Below, one piece after another: positions 29,841 through 40,440 of a DNA stretch of 64,000 nucleotides (the first letter of the stretch is position 1; each line of letters opens with the position of its first letter). The notes beneath the pieces are model-generated. The model saw only the letters and a list, made by a program, of their open reading frames with translations. It was not told the origin of the DNA and ran no database searches. The stretch comes from a virus, in IMG/VR virus record IMGVR_UViG_3300031555_005897, positions 12,039 through 76,038 of that record; one strand, given 5' to 3'. The translations under genes and the position numbers were made by a program.

Positions 29841-31163
29841 TTAGATGCCGCCAATATCTCGTTTGATACTATCCTGCACCTTGGCAAATCTTTGATTGAT
29901 CTGAACCAAGTTAGCATAAATAATAATGCGATAGGTCACCATCGGATCTGCGTTATGAATCACGATCCTTTTACGGTGCCAGTCAACTCTCCACTCGCAA
30001 GGAGCGGATTCATTTGTCTCGCAGTTGGTGGCCAATTCCTTCGAGTTCTTAAGCAGCCTGAAGCGGAAAATTGTCTCCGGATCCACATTATCGGCGATCA
30101 ATTGTCGCAGAATATTCATATGATCTTCGGGGATAATATCCGCCATTGCGATCTTTTCATCTTTGCCACGATTTTCTTCATCCGCCTGAACGATTGTCGA
30201 TGCGTAGAACTTGAATCCATCCATGAGATCCATATTATACCGATCGTAAAGATTGGTATACGTATAGAGGGGAATCATCTCCGCAGGACTATCAGGGCTA
30301 TGAACCACCGCATCGAACTTCAATCCATGGAATTTTCGTTCATGATCGCCGATCAATGCGTACATGCCGGGTAGATTGAATTCTGCAGATACTCTGAAAG
30401 TAAGTGGGTAATACTCATCCATTGAGTTCTTCTTCATACCATCACCATGCTGCAAATCTGAGAATGTCAGTAGCAACTTGGTACGATAATAAAGGAAAAA
30501 CTCTTCCACTGATGTGGAGTTTCTCACCTTATAAGTAATGGGACTACGGGAATGTCCATTCAAGTACTGCATAATCAGGGGTACTTGATTACTCTCAGGA
30601 GTAGAAGCAGTAATATCAATACCTGCAATCTTACCGATATATTCAATCATGGATTTAGGAATCATAGATTCAAGCGCAGCATTTACCAGATAAGGTCTAT
30701 TCCAGATCAACTGATTCTGAAGATTCTTATGAACATCCAGCTGCTGGGATAGCGACTTCAATCGCAACTCAATCTCGAAATCGATCTTATCACGATTCAA
30801 TCTATAAGAGATGCCGATGCTATGCTCTTTATCCATGATTAGCGGAAAAAGAGTATTACGGCTCAATCCGGCAATCGCATTATCCATATTCGTAGTCAGT
30901 GGCGTATTAGACAGGAAGACATCGCCCATATCAGCATTGAACCGAGGAGTCATAATGAAGTATGGATAATGGCGTTTCTTAAATTCAGTATCGCCATTGC
31001 CAAGCACTTCCTTAATATTCTTCCATGCAATTTTCGAGTCAATATAGACATATGTGAAGAAGTTCTGAGGAAAATAATCCATCAGAATCTCCTTAATAAA
31101 AGATGCAACGTTTCCGTACGTATGGGAAGCACTACTTGTGCCTAACGTATAGATACATTCCAT
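29841..31163 (-). CDS. Probable virion structural protein
   Basis: 440-aa ORF; late motif at 31198-31209. Confidence 0.55.
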   Translation of the reverse strand: MECIYTLGTSSASHTYGNVASFIKEILMDYFPQNFFTYVYIDSKIAWKNIKEVLGNGDTEFKKRHYPYFIMTPRFNADMGDVFLSNTPLTTNMDNAIAGLSRNTLFPLIMDKEHSIGISYRLNRDKIDFEIELRLKSLSQQLDVHKNLQNQLIWNRPYLVNAALESMIPKSMIEYIGKIAGIDITASTPESNQVPLIMQYLNGHSRSPITYKVRNSTSVEEFFLYYRTKLLLTFSDLQHGDGMKKNSMDEYYPLTFRVSAEFNLPGMYALIGDHERKFHGLKFDAVVHSPDSPAEMIPLYTYTNLYDRYNMDLMDGFKFYASTIVQADEENRGKDEKIAMADIIPEDHMNILRQLIADNVDPETIFRFRLLKNSKELATNCETNESAPCEWRVDWHRKRIVIHNADPMVTYRIIIYANLVQINQRFAKVQDSIKRDIGGI

Positions 31164-31249
31164 ATCAGCATTTCACCTGCTTTCTGGATAATAACCGTTA
31201 AGGCTGTGTTAAAAGGCGTGATTGATCAATTGCGATCAATCACGTCATA

Positions 31250-31756
31250 TCATTTCTTTTTTGCCATGTAACACTCATCGGGTACTCGAACGACTTCACC
31301 GTTCACATCAATGCATTTCAGACCCAATGTAATGTCGATAGGAATTGCAGTGTTGGAGTAAAAGACCATATTCTTACCACGAACGGCCATACCCTGGACG
31401 CAGTTCTGGAAACATTCCTCTTCATAGTCGGTTTTGTCGATCAACACATCGGCAACCAACTGGACACCATCGGGCACCCATTTCAACTTGAAGGGGATAA
31501 TCTGCACATAAGTGGTAACGTTGCGTGCAAAACCATTTCCTGGCATCGGAGTCCAACGCTCAGCCTCCAACTTGAATGCCTGGAAATAGATGTCTCTTAC
31601 TTTCTCAACTTCGGACTGATCCACAGGGTCCAAGTCCGCAATTCCCAAAACGTTGGATAGATTAGCGATTAACTGATCGGGCGGAGAATTCTTGACCATT
31701 GGGTCATTCATCGCTCGCTTTAGATCTTCTAAACTAACGTTGGGATTATTACCCAT
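31250..31756 (-). CDS. Hypothetical protein
   Basis: RBS aaaggag. Confidence 0.7.
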   Translation of the reverse strand: MGNNPNVSLEDLKRAMNDPMVKNSPPDQLIANLSNVLGIADLDPVDQSEVEKVRDIYFQAFKLEAERWTPMPGNGFARNVTTYVQIIPFKLKWVPDGVQLVADVLIDKTDYEEECFQNCVQGMAVRGKNMVFYSNTAIPIDITLGLKCIDVNGEVVRVPDECYMAKKK

Positions 31757-32122
31757 ACGAATCTCTCCTTTCTAGGAAAGTGAATCATATTAAAACATCG
31801 TTGGGTGGATACTTCCTTTTATAGCAAAAAAGAAGTCACCGTGATCCCTGGGTTAAGCCCAAGGCGACTTGGATCTCCTCAACGATGTGGATGGAAATTC
31901 ATGGGTAAGGATGGAGTGGTATATATCATTTCAACCAGCTCTGCAGCCTCTGTTTAGGCCACGCTTTCATCCGTGTTTTCCGCACCGTGATTCAACGCAA
32001 GACGATGACTCCTTTTTGAATCATACTAATTCACCAGAACTCGACGCCTATCGAGCTAACCCCGGCTTATCACTTTCTTCTTCATACGAATGATATATGG
32101 AAGAAATATATGTGAAATACGG

Positions 32123-32308
32123 TCATAGATCCCCATTACAAATAAGCATCAAGCATATACCAATTACAAGACATGAAAATGCCACCAGGAGCCCAATAGA
32201 TATTGCAGATTTTCGATCAAATCCACAATTCCTAGACTCGCTATATGTACCCGTAAAAGCTAGCGTAGAAAGAATCGTTATCATAAAAATGCAGAACCCA
32301 TATTCCAT
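32123..32308 (-). CDS. Small two-TM membrane protein
   Basis: Two hydrophobic segments; RBS aaaggtgg. Confidence 0.5.
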   Translation of the reverse strand: MEYGFCIFMITILSTLAFTGTYSESRNCGFDRKSAISIGLLVAFSCLVIGICLMLICNGDL

Positions 32309-32365
32309 AGACGACCACCTTTGCTAATAAGATGAGGAGCTAGCCGAAGCTAGCTCCTCGCGAAG

Positions 32366-33343
32366 TCAATCAATGAAAAACTTATCGTCTTCGTCGTCAT
32401 CACCCTCATCGGGTACGACTTCATCATACAGGCGGAGACGATGACCAAAATCATCGCTCTCGGCAGCATCCTCAACAGGAACATCAGCCTGGATCTGTTC
32501 GGACATAGGTTTCACACTCTGAAGAGCCTGGCCAACAGACTGCAGAGACTGGTTCGCCATCTGCAAAGTCCGGTCGACGAAATCGAGCTTCAGATTGCCG
32601 GTAACGACGGCCTCGTTGATGTAGTCGGCAAAGCCTTCCACATTAACAATCTCGGCCAGGGTCATACGCATGGGAGCGTACTCAAAAACAGGAATACCAA
32701 AGTTAGTGACAGACGAACTGTCAGGATCTTTCCAGCACTTGGGAGTGGCGATCATATCACGAGCTCTCAAAGTACCAGCACGAGATTCGATCAACTCTCT
32801 TGTCATCTCATTGGGATAGTTGAGCTCCCACATGACGATGCCATAGAAATGGCCATTATATTCAAGGCACTCAACGATGGTGCCAATGGTGCAGCGACCC
32901 TCGGTCAGATTATCAAACTTCTCGAAAGAATCGATAATCTTGCGGCGGCCCATAGGCTCAGCAACCAGGGGATACATACCCAGGTCGATATAGGACCGGA
33001 TAGATTCAATATATTCCGCACGCTCATCGGGATCAATCACGACATCGTAAGGATCGATGATCTCGATCATGGAGAAAAACACCTCCTGAGGGGTGTATTC
33101 ATCAACATCTTCGGGATTGCGGTAATTCTCGATCTTCACAGAGCAGAAGGGATATACACAGCCTCTATCCAGCTCACGCTTCCAGCGATCAATCCCAGTG
33201 GAAATATACTGGGTGAAAATTCTCTTGGAAAGTTCATGCAGCTGCATGATGGGATGGTTGTACTCATAGAGCACATTGAAACTCACGTGGTTGTAGAGAT
33301 CTTTCTTACGGTCAATCTTCTTACCGTTCACAATGTCAGCCAT
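32366..33343 (-). CDS. Hypothetical acidic protein
   Basis: Strong codon bias; RBS aaagga. Confidence 0.75.
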   Translation of the reverse strand: MADIVNGKKIDRKKDLYNHVSFNVLYEYNHPIMQLHELSKRIFTQYISTGIDRWKRELDRGCVYPFCSVKIENYRNPEDVDEYTPQEVFFSMIEIIDPYDVVIDPDERAEYIESIRSYIDLGMYPLVAEPMGRRKIIDSFEKFDNLTEGRCTIGTIVECLEYNGHFYGIVMWELNYPNEMTRELIESRAGTLRARDMIATPKCWKDPDSSSVTNFGIPVFEYAPMRMTLAEIVNVEGFADYINEAVVTGNLKLDFVDRTLQMANQSLQSVGQALQSVKPMSEQIQADVPVEDAAESDDFGHRLRLYDEVVPDEGDDDEDDKFFID

Positions 33344-33374
33344 AAGTAGTTACGTCCTTTCTTGAATGATGATA

Positions 33375-34184
33375 TTAAACGACAATGCTGAGGTCTTCCA
33401 CAGAATCGTCATCCTTCACAGAAATGATATGTGCGTTAGAATTTGCATCAGAAGATGCCGATGCAGACGAATCATCGTCATCGAATTCTTCGAACTCCGA
33501 AGGAATCTCAGTGCCAGGATACTTACTCGTATCCAACAGCTTCATTTCCTTCAGCATTTCGACGGAATGATAGTAGAATTCATCCATCGAAATATAGCTA
33601 TCGAGATCGATAGTTTTCAAAATCTCATCAACATCATAGCCTTCTTCCTTCATCTTATCGATTGCCTTCTGGATCATTACCAGACTATTGGCCAAATTGG
33701 CGGCATTCTTATACTGGGGCAGTCTGGTCAATTCACCAAAGGGTACGGTATCAACCTTATCAGCCACGACAGTGGTAGATGCTACAATGGCGGCCGAAAG
33801 GGCAATAGTGGTACGATCATCAACAGCGGTAGAGGCCGCACCGGTAATAGAAGTCAAAAAGGCGCTGATCGATGTAGTATATTCATCAAACTCAGTGGAA
33901 AGCTTTTCAATAGTCTTTCCCTGCTGCGCCATTGCAAATGCCAGTACAGGGATGGCGCATGCCGTATAGATCATCAACGGTGCAATATGCGCAGTCATGA
34001 CATAATAGGCCAGAGTGCCGACCATGCCAGCAATGGCAACCACCGCAAAAATGATGGTGGTGATTGATTTATCAATCCATTTAGAATTAGTGAGAGTCTG
34101 CTTCACATTCTTAGTAATCAGCATAGCAAGCTGATACATGGACTGCATCTGATCGTCTGTGGGCATCTTGAAAGTTTTAGCCAT
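33375..34184 (-). CDS. Membrane protein with two TM helices and an acidic tail
   Basis: Hydrophobic residues about 40-85; RBS aaggaaggg. Confidence 0.7.
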   Translation of the reverse strand: MAKTFKMPTDDQMQSMYQLAMLITKNVKQTLTNSKWIDKSITTIIFAVVAIAGMVGTLAYYVMTAHIAPLMIYTACAIPVLAFAMAQQGKTIEKLSTEFDEYTTSISAFLTSITGAASTAVDDRTTIALSAAIVASTTVVADKVDTVPFGELTRLPQYKNAANLANSLVMIQKAIDKMKEEGYDVDEILKTIDLDSYISMDEFYYHSVEMLKEMKLLDTSKYPGTEIPSEFEEFDDDDSSASASSDANSNAHIISVKDDDSVEDLSIVV

Positions 34185-34244
34185 AAATGGTCCCTTCCTT
34201 TCATAGGGTTAGTTTTGGGTTATCGTCGTAATTAAAAACTTCGG

Positions 34245-34252
34245 TATATTAC
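34245..34252 (+). promoter_or_regulatory. Putative early promoter TATATTAC
   Basis: Matches the phiKZ early consensus; upstream of the RNAP beta-prime N subunit. Confidence 0.55.
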
Positions 34253-34336
34253 TTATATGGAAGCTTGGAAAATGATTGACGCATTAACAGTCGACAATAA
34301 AGCCCAAGTTTATTAAGCAATTTTTAACATAGAAGG

Positions 34337-36238
34337 GTGGTATCAAAGTTGTACGATTCTAACATTGAAAAGGTATCGGTCGAAACTTTGGATCTGGACT
34401 TTGAATGCTATGCCGACCTTGTCACAGGCAAAGGCATTCGCATTTCCAGCGCCGAAGCATACGACTCGAAGAAGCGTAAGATCTACAACGGACTGCAATC
34501 GGAATTCTGGGGCACCGACTTTGGCGATGAAAACGCCTTCCAGGAGCGTTACTCCTGTAAGTGCCGCAAGTACATCGGTAAAATGTATTCGGGTGTTCGC
34601 TGCGAGCAATGTGGCACAATGGTCGAATATGTTGAGGCGGACGTAACCAGAACCGGTTGGATCATGTTGGATTATAACCGCAAGGTTATTTCTCCAATTT
34701 ATGCTATGAAACTGTCCGATGCTCTGGGTAAGGTCGATGGCAACCCGGTGCTGGACAGAATTCTGCGTTCTCCTTATCGCAAGCGTGACGGATCCGAAGA
34801 TGAGACCTATGAGATGCGTGAACGTGAGATTGCCGAGATGAGGGTTCACCCCTTCGTCGGTAAAGGCATGACCTGGCTCCGTAATCATTTCACTGAAGTG
34901 CTGGATTACTATGAAAAGAGAAAGCCTGCAAAGGCTGCAGCTTTCCATGAGTTCCGCACCGATCGTGATAAGGTCTTTACATCCTGTATTCCTGTCTTCT
35001 CTTCTATTCTCCGTATCGAGCTTCCCGGTTCCAAGGATGAGAAGCTCTTTAAGCAGAAGGTCAATACCTATTTCCAGTCTATTATTCAGACGACCAATAA
35101 GGTCAATACCTTCGAGAAGGAAGATGAAGACAACGAGAACGTTCTCATTGAAATTGACAAGCTCCTTGGTTCTTGTCAGAAGGAAATTGAAGAGCTCTTC
35201 ATGGCAATCTTTAAGATCATGGATGGTAAGAAAGGCGTCATTCAGTCAAAAGTCATCGGTGGTCGCTATGACTGGTGCTGCCGCAATATCATTACCCCCA
35301 ACTCCGGATCTCTTCGTTCCAATGAAATCGAACTTCCCTATGTTGCAGGTCTTGAACTCTTCCGTTATGAAATCTGCAATATGTATGCCAAGGAAATGAA
35401 TGTGAACATTGCTCAGGCCAACGCTGAATGGAAGCGTGCAAAGGTTCATTACAATCCTATCTTCTACGGCCTGATGGATAAGCTGATTCGTACCGATGAT
35501 GCTTTCCTGCATCTGTTGATTAACCGTAATCCTTCAATCAATTACGGCTCCTTCATGCTCGTCAAGCCGAAGTGTGTGAAGAAAGATTTCAACGATAAAG
35601 CACTCACGATCCCTACAGCTATAATTTCGCTCATGAATGCTGACTTCCTGTGAAGTAGTTTTCCTTTACAGTCATTGGAAATACTATTATATCGTCGGAG
35701 TCATACCAGTGGTAACATTGGTTGGTACCTGTGTGAACGCCTAACCAGCGGTGTATGTAGTTTCGTTCTACATGCTAACGGTAGAAGTTAATAAGACATG
35801 GTGGACGTCATTCACCCACTAGTAGCAGTGTCAAATACGCTTCGTAAGAGACCCTACGGTCCATAGTAATATGGATAGCAGGCAATACCGTGCCAAGTCT
35901 CTAGCAATAGAGGAAGGTGTATCGACTAACATTCATAAATGTAACGGACTTTATGAAGATAGGGGATATCATGGAAAGGATATTCTCGTAGCGCCAGCTC
36001 CTGGTAATTCCAGGATGAAGATATAGTCAGCCTAATATCGAAAGATATGTAAATCCGGCACGACGGAGACCAAGTTAACGTATTCCGCATCTTTGGCCTT
36101 GATTTGGGTAAGCGTTTTGCAAAAGCGCTCTCCCCCGCAACTAACTTCTACATCTCTCGCATCAACGGTCGAGTAGATTCGAAGATGATGCCTATCAAGG
36201 ATGAAATTGCAGCATTTTGGGCTATGAATAATATCTAG
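34337..36238 (+). CDS. Phage RNA polymerase beta-prime N-terminal subunit (probably non-virion RNAP); exons 34337-35646 and 36061-36238
   Basis: Zn finger CKC...CEQC, GKKG, GGR, R-II-P, LINRNPSI; splicing restores NADF-DGD and adds a 58-codon exon 2. Confidence 0.9.
35647..36060 (+). ncRNA. Group I intron (414 nt, ORF-less)
   Basis: Core elements aataccgtgccaag, gaaggtgtatcgacta and aagatatagtca (P7 gacta/tagtc); guide sequence 35692-35703 pairs with both exons. Confidence 0.92.
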
Positions 36239-36345
36239 GCCTATAAAAGAAGCTACTACCATTTTTGGTAGTAGCTTCTTTTTTCGCATCATTTTACCAA
36301 ATCACCACATTGATATATTATTTACTTAGAACGGAGGTGAAATAA

Positions 36346-37386
36346 ATGGAAGATTTTAAGCTTAATTCAGATTCATGGAATTGGGGCGATTGCGCCACTC
36401 TTGCCGAATTTCCAGACTATTGTATTAGCTCAAATGGCACAGTAGTTCGTCGAGGTACTAGCGAGCTTGTGCCTAAACTAAATGATAGATCCGTTATATT
36501 AGACGGATCTATCCGTATGATTGATAATCTGCTCGTTCTTGGTTGGATCGGTAACGCGCCATTTCCAATCGTGCCCGTTGATAAGAACGAACTCGAATAT
36601 CTTTCAACGCGACGCCATGTATACCGGCATAGTTTCCTCACGTACCATGTAAAGAATATCATCCAAGATCCAGATAATCAGAATATTTACTGGCTCGATG
36701 GTGTTGAATTTCGATTAATACCTAATAGTCGAATGAACGCTATCATTTCTCGTGATGGTGTTATTTACAGCCTTTTACAGAAACGATTCGTTCACCGGCA
36801 TTGGAAACATGGATACGCGCGTGCAAACGTTCCAATGGTTGGTCGCGAGAATGCAAGTATGCAAAATGTATCGGTATTTTTATATTTAGCATACATTGGC
36901 GAAATACCAGATGGAATGCAGGTAGATCATATCGATAATAAACGCTATCACAATAGCGTTGATAACTTGCAATTATTAAGCCACGTCGATAACACACGTA
37001 AATCTCGATATGAAGGCACGCGTGGTACACCTTATACATATGAGATGATGGATAACGTTTGTAGATTAATCTCTGAAAACGCTCCAAATAGTGAAGTTGC
37101 TAAGGTACTTGGCTTAAACTACGACGATAAAATCCATCGCAAACGTGTAATTAAAATGGTCTATAAATTGAAGAATCAGCCAGGATACTATGACGATCTC
37201 AAAGCTAAATATGATATGAGTGGATACGATATCAATGTGAATTATTCACACAATCGTCTTAGCGATGAAGATGTTGCTTGTATCAGAGATGCCGTCAGAA
37301 ATGGTACAATGACTGGACGAGCATTAGCCGCAAAGTATGGAGTAAGTCCAGCCATCGTAACTCGAATCAAACAAGGTCTCCGATAA
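36346..37386 (+). CDS. Free-standing HNH homing endonuclease
   Basis: QVDHIDNKRYHNSVDNLQLLSHVDN (HNH_3-type); NUMOD4-like YCISSNG; C-terminal HTH; early motif at 36314-36321. Confidence 0.85.
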   Translation: MEDFKLNSDSWNWGDCATLAEFPDYCISSNGTVVRRGTSELVPKLNDRSVILDGSIRMIDNLLVLGWIGNAPFPIVPVDKNELEYLSTRRHVYRHSFLTYHVKNIIQDPDNQNIYWLDGVEFRLIPNSRMNAIISRDGVIYSLLQKRFVHRHWKHGYARANVPMVGRENASMQNVSVFLYLAYIGEIPDGMQVDHIDNKRYHNSVDNLQLLSHVDNTRKSRYEGTRGTPYTYEMMDNVCRLISENAPNSEVAKVLGLNYDDKIHRKRVIKMVYKLKNQPGYYDDLKAKYDMSGYDINVNYSHNRLSDEDVACIRDAVRNGTMTGRALAAKYGVSPAIVTRIKQGLR

Positions 37387-37474
37387 TTTCACAGCCAATA
37401 AAAGAAGCTACTGTCAACTCGACAGTAGCTTCTTTTTTTATATTTATTTCAGAAGAAATGGGAACTGGATGATA

Positions 37475-37850
37475 AAGCCGTTATGATTGAGTCGATGCAA
37501 CTCGGCTCTTTCTCTTTTTCCGCAAAGGTTTTTATTCCGGCGATTTTGCAGCTCTCATCTATTCGCGGGTCCTGTTCTGCCCGAGTCTATAAACTCCACT
37601 CCCTGGTGAAGTTTCGTTTGCGCTACATACGTCCTTGACCGCTATCCATGGTAAAAGTTCTCCTATGTAAGGATGATCGAGCTCTACTGTCATTCCGTAT
37701 CGCCGGAGTCATAGCTGAAAGATTTGGTCATCTTCTCTGCTTACCTCATTTCTTCCTTTGCGGTTTTCTCCACAGAGCCGCCGTGCCATTGTGAAACCTC
37801 CAAAATGATCATAGGCTCTTGCTTACCATATACGACTCTCATAACGGCTT
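37475..37850. ncRNA. Candidate large structured non-coding RNA
   Basis: Six nested complementary segment pairs; no long ORF; flanked by terminator hairpins. Confidence 0.55.
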
Positions 37851-37890
37851 AACACGCACCTACCCAATTGGGTAGGTGCGTGATTTACTC

Positions 37891-38982
37891 TTAATTAACA
37901 AAAGTTGTCTTCGTACCAGCTTCAATGATACCAAACTGAGGACGCAGATATAGCAGAAGAAAATCGCTATACTTCATGCAAAATGCAGTGAGAAATACGA
38001 TTTCCTGAGCGATCATCATAGAGCTGTTAACACTCTTCTGATTATTAATCAATCTGCGACAGTCAGCTTTTAGCATCTGGATTCGTTTGTGAATCTTGGC
38101 GGTCATCTTACGGTACGTATTGTAAACTTCGGTAATTTCATTGGTTACCTTGAGATCATAGCGCATCGCCAGATTTGGGTCCAAATTCACTTCAATATTG
38201 AAGATCTGCGTCTCATTGATACGGGTAGCTTCACTAATCAACTGAGATAGATTTCGAAGAAGTTCTGCCTCTGGATCAGTAAGACTCATACGATGATAAA
38301 CCATTTCACGGATATAATCATCATCACTGATGGTGCCAAAACGAAGATCGGTTTCTTTATTTCTAGCATCCACTGTTTTCTGATACCGAGCATATTCTTC
38401 GAAAAGCATCTTGATGCCTTTCTTACTTAGCTCGGTAGACTGCTGAACAGACTGAAACATTTTTCCGGAGATAAGTACGGCGATACGCATTTCCTGGATA
38501 AGGGCCTTTGTCTCTTCAACACGATCCAGAATCTCCTGCTCTTGATGCTGCAAATCGTCACGTACATGATCGGGCATGCCACCCTGACGAAGAGCGGTTT
38601 GAATCTTACGAGCTTCAGACTGACGCTCTTTCAAATCATTATTGAGCAGTTTGATACGGGCCTTGTTAACACCAAAGAGCTTGGAAATGCATTCGTTCAT
38701 CTCTTTAGAAAGACGATGTTCCCAGTCAGATAGAGCTCGATCCAGATTATCAACACATCCGGAGATAATTTTGATTGAACCAGAATTCAAAGACTTGATA
38801 TCAATCTTTGACGTGTTAAATCCAGATTCTTTACTGGCGGTGAAACCAAAAAATTCAACAGCTGGAGAATTCGACTGCATAGCAGCGATGACATCAAAAA
38901 ATTTATCACTCTGCGTGATGTCTGTAAGCGCAGAGGGCTGAACCACATATTTCATGGCTTCATATTCTCCCATCTTTTTCAA
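37891..38982 (-). CDS. Hypothetical helical/coiled-coil protein
   Basis: 363-aa ORF. Confidence 0.7.
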   Translation of the reverse strand: MKKMGEYEAMKYVVQPSALTDITQSDKFFDVIAAMQSNSPAVEFFGFTASKESGFNTSKIDIKSLNSGSIKIISGCVDNLDRALSDWEHRLSKEMNECISKLFGVNKARIKLLNNDLKERQSEARKIQTALRQGGMPDHVRDDLQHQEQEILDRVEETKALIQEMRIAVLISGKMFQSVQQSTELSKKGIKMLFEEYARYQKTVDARNKETDLRFGTISDDDYIREMVYHRMSLTDPEAELLRNLSQLISEATRINETQIFNIEVNLDPNLAMRYDLKVTNEITEVYNTYRKMTAKIHKRIQMLKADCRRLINNQKSVNSSMMIAQEIVFLTAFCMKYSDFLLLYLRPQFGIIEAGTKTTFVN

Positions 38983-39027
38983 ATACTGAGGGCTCTACCT
39001 ATTTGGAGGTAGAGCCCTCTTAAGTTC

Positions 39028-39624
39028 TTAAAATGCGCGAGGATGCTTTTTGACGGAACCGAGGATCTGTCGACTATGATTCAGGAAATTCAGAATCTTA
39101 CCATCATATGCTTTTCGGCCGAAATGACGGCAATCGTTCAGCATATCCTGAGACAGATCGAACGCCTTCATCAACGTAGTTTTATTGAGATCCGCGAAGA
39201 GAGCCAGCATAGTGCGAACTTCAACCTTTTTACACATAGTCATCAGATAGAGAATGGTAGTAATCACCATAACGGTAACGTACTCGCGTCTCACATCATC
39301 CGACTTGAAAGTTCGCATATGAGGATCATCGGAAGCCATGATGTTAATCAGGTCAATGGAATTGATGTTTACATTACGCTTTCCAGCGACCAGATAGAAA
39401 TTGGCACGATCCAGCTTATACAGAGAATAGATCAGAATCTGGTTTAGCAGGGTAGTGTCAACGACAGGATCCAGAGGAAGCACGGGATCCTTTGCGGCCA
39501 CATCAAGAATGAAATAGACATGTTCCATATAAGAAGCAGCCATGGCATTTGCGGCATGATCTTTACTGATCTGACGCTTGATGCCCATGGGCGTAAATTT
39601 GCTGAAATATTCGGCGAAGGTCAT
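39028..39624 (-). CDS. Hypothetical protein
   Basis: Probable start MTFAEY with RBS gagga. Confidence 0.65.
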   Translation of the reverse strand: MTFAEYFSKFTPMGIKRQISKDHAANAMAASYMEHVYFILDVAAKDPVLPLDPVVDTTLLNQILIYSLYKLDRANFYLVAGKRNVNINSIDLINIMASDDPHMRTFKSDDVRREYVTVMVITTILYLMTMCKKVEVRTMLALFADLNKTTLMKAFDLSQDMLNDCRHFGRKAYDGKILNFLNHSRQILGSVKKHPRAF

Positions 39625-39673
39625 ATGCCAAGCCCATCCTCTCTTAATGATATTAAAGATTGGTTTCGCTGGC

Positions 39674-39928
39674 CTAAACAACATATTCTTCTGACTCCCA
39701 TCTGGTACCACATGTCCAGCAATGATACTTATCAACGCGATATCGCTTTAGGTCAAATAGGCCCTTAAACTGCGTGCTTGAAGAATGCTGAATACCTTCG
39801 CCCGCTGGAGCATCCCAAAATTCTCTGGTCTCACCACAACCGGGACATTTATCGCAACCTTTATTTGCATCACGTTTACGCTGATCCGCAGCAGATAATG
39901 TGTTTCCTCTCAGCGACGTGACTTTCAT
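39674..39928 (-). CDS. Zinc-ribbon protein
   Basis: CPGC...CWTC...W; coupled to the upstream ORF. Confidence 0.65.
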   Translation of the reverse strand: MKVTSLRGNTLSAADQRKRDANKGCDKCPGCGETREFWDAPAGEGIQHSSSTQFKGLFDLKRYRVDKYHCWTCGTRWESEEYVV

Positions 39929-40422
39929 ACAGTCACCATATCCTCTCCATATCGGTTATCGCTGAATTCTTCCTTCATGAGTCTACCCACCTTCTCGATA
40001 AACTCATTGAAGTGATAAGCATGGAATACTCGACAATGATACTGGTTGTTATAGGTAGACCGAATGATAATAGCGAACGGAATACCCATCGTTCTCAAAT
40101 TCGTGGCATATTTTTCATATGCATCATGAGTAGGAATGCGCTGAATCTTCACATCGGCATACTCAAAATTGATTGCGACAGCCTCATTCTCATTGAGCAT
40201 TGCCAGATACTTGATATCTTCAGAATGCGTTACCGCGGACATATTCTGGCGATATTCCCGCGCACGTCCATCGAGAAATGCTCTAAAGCCACTCTTAATC
40301 TCATCGCAAAGGCAGGACACGCAGACATAGTGATCGACTTCTACATTATCGACCACGGTCTTATACATTAACTCGGTGTCAACATCGGTGCATACGCTGC
40401 AAGGTTTCATAGGAATTTTCAT
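39925..40422 (-). CDS. Hypothetical protein with N-terminal Cys cluster
   Basis: CSVC...CVSC; RBS gaggtg. Confidence 0.65.
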   Translation of the reverse strand: MKIPMKPCSVCTDVDTELMYKTVVDNVEVDHYVCVSCLCDEIKSGFRAFLDGRAREYRQNMSAVTHSEDIKYLAMLNENEAVAINFEYADVKIQRIPTHDAYEKYATNLRTMGIPFAIIIRSTYNNQYHCRVFHAYHFNEFIEKVGRLMKEEFSDNRYGEDMVTV

Positions 40423-40440
40423 AATATCACACCTCGTAAA

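Noticed and set aside
34337..35653. RNAP gene as a pseudogene truncated at NADFL-stop
   Set aside because: The stop lies inside a group I intron; exon 2 supplies DGD
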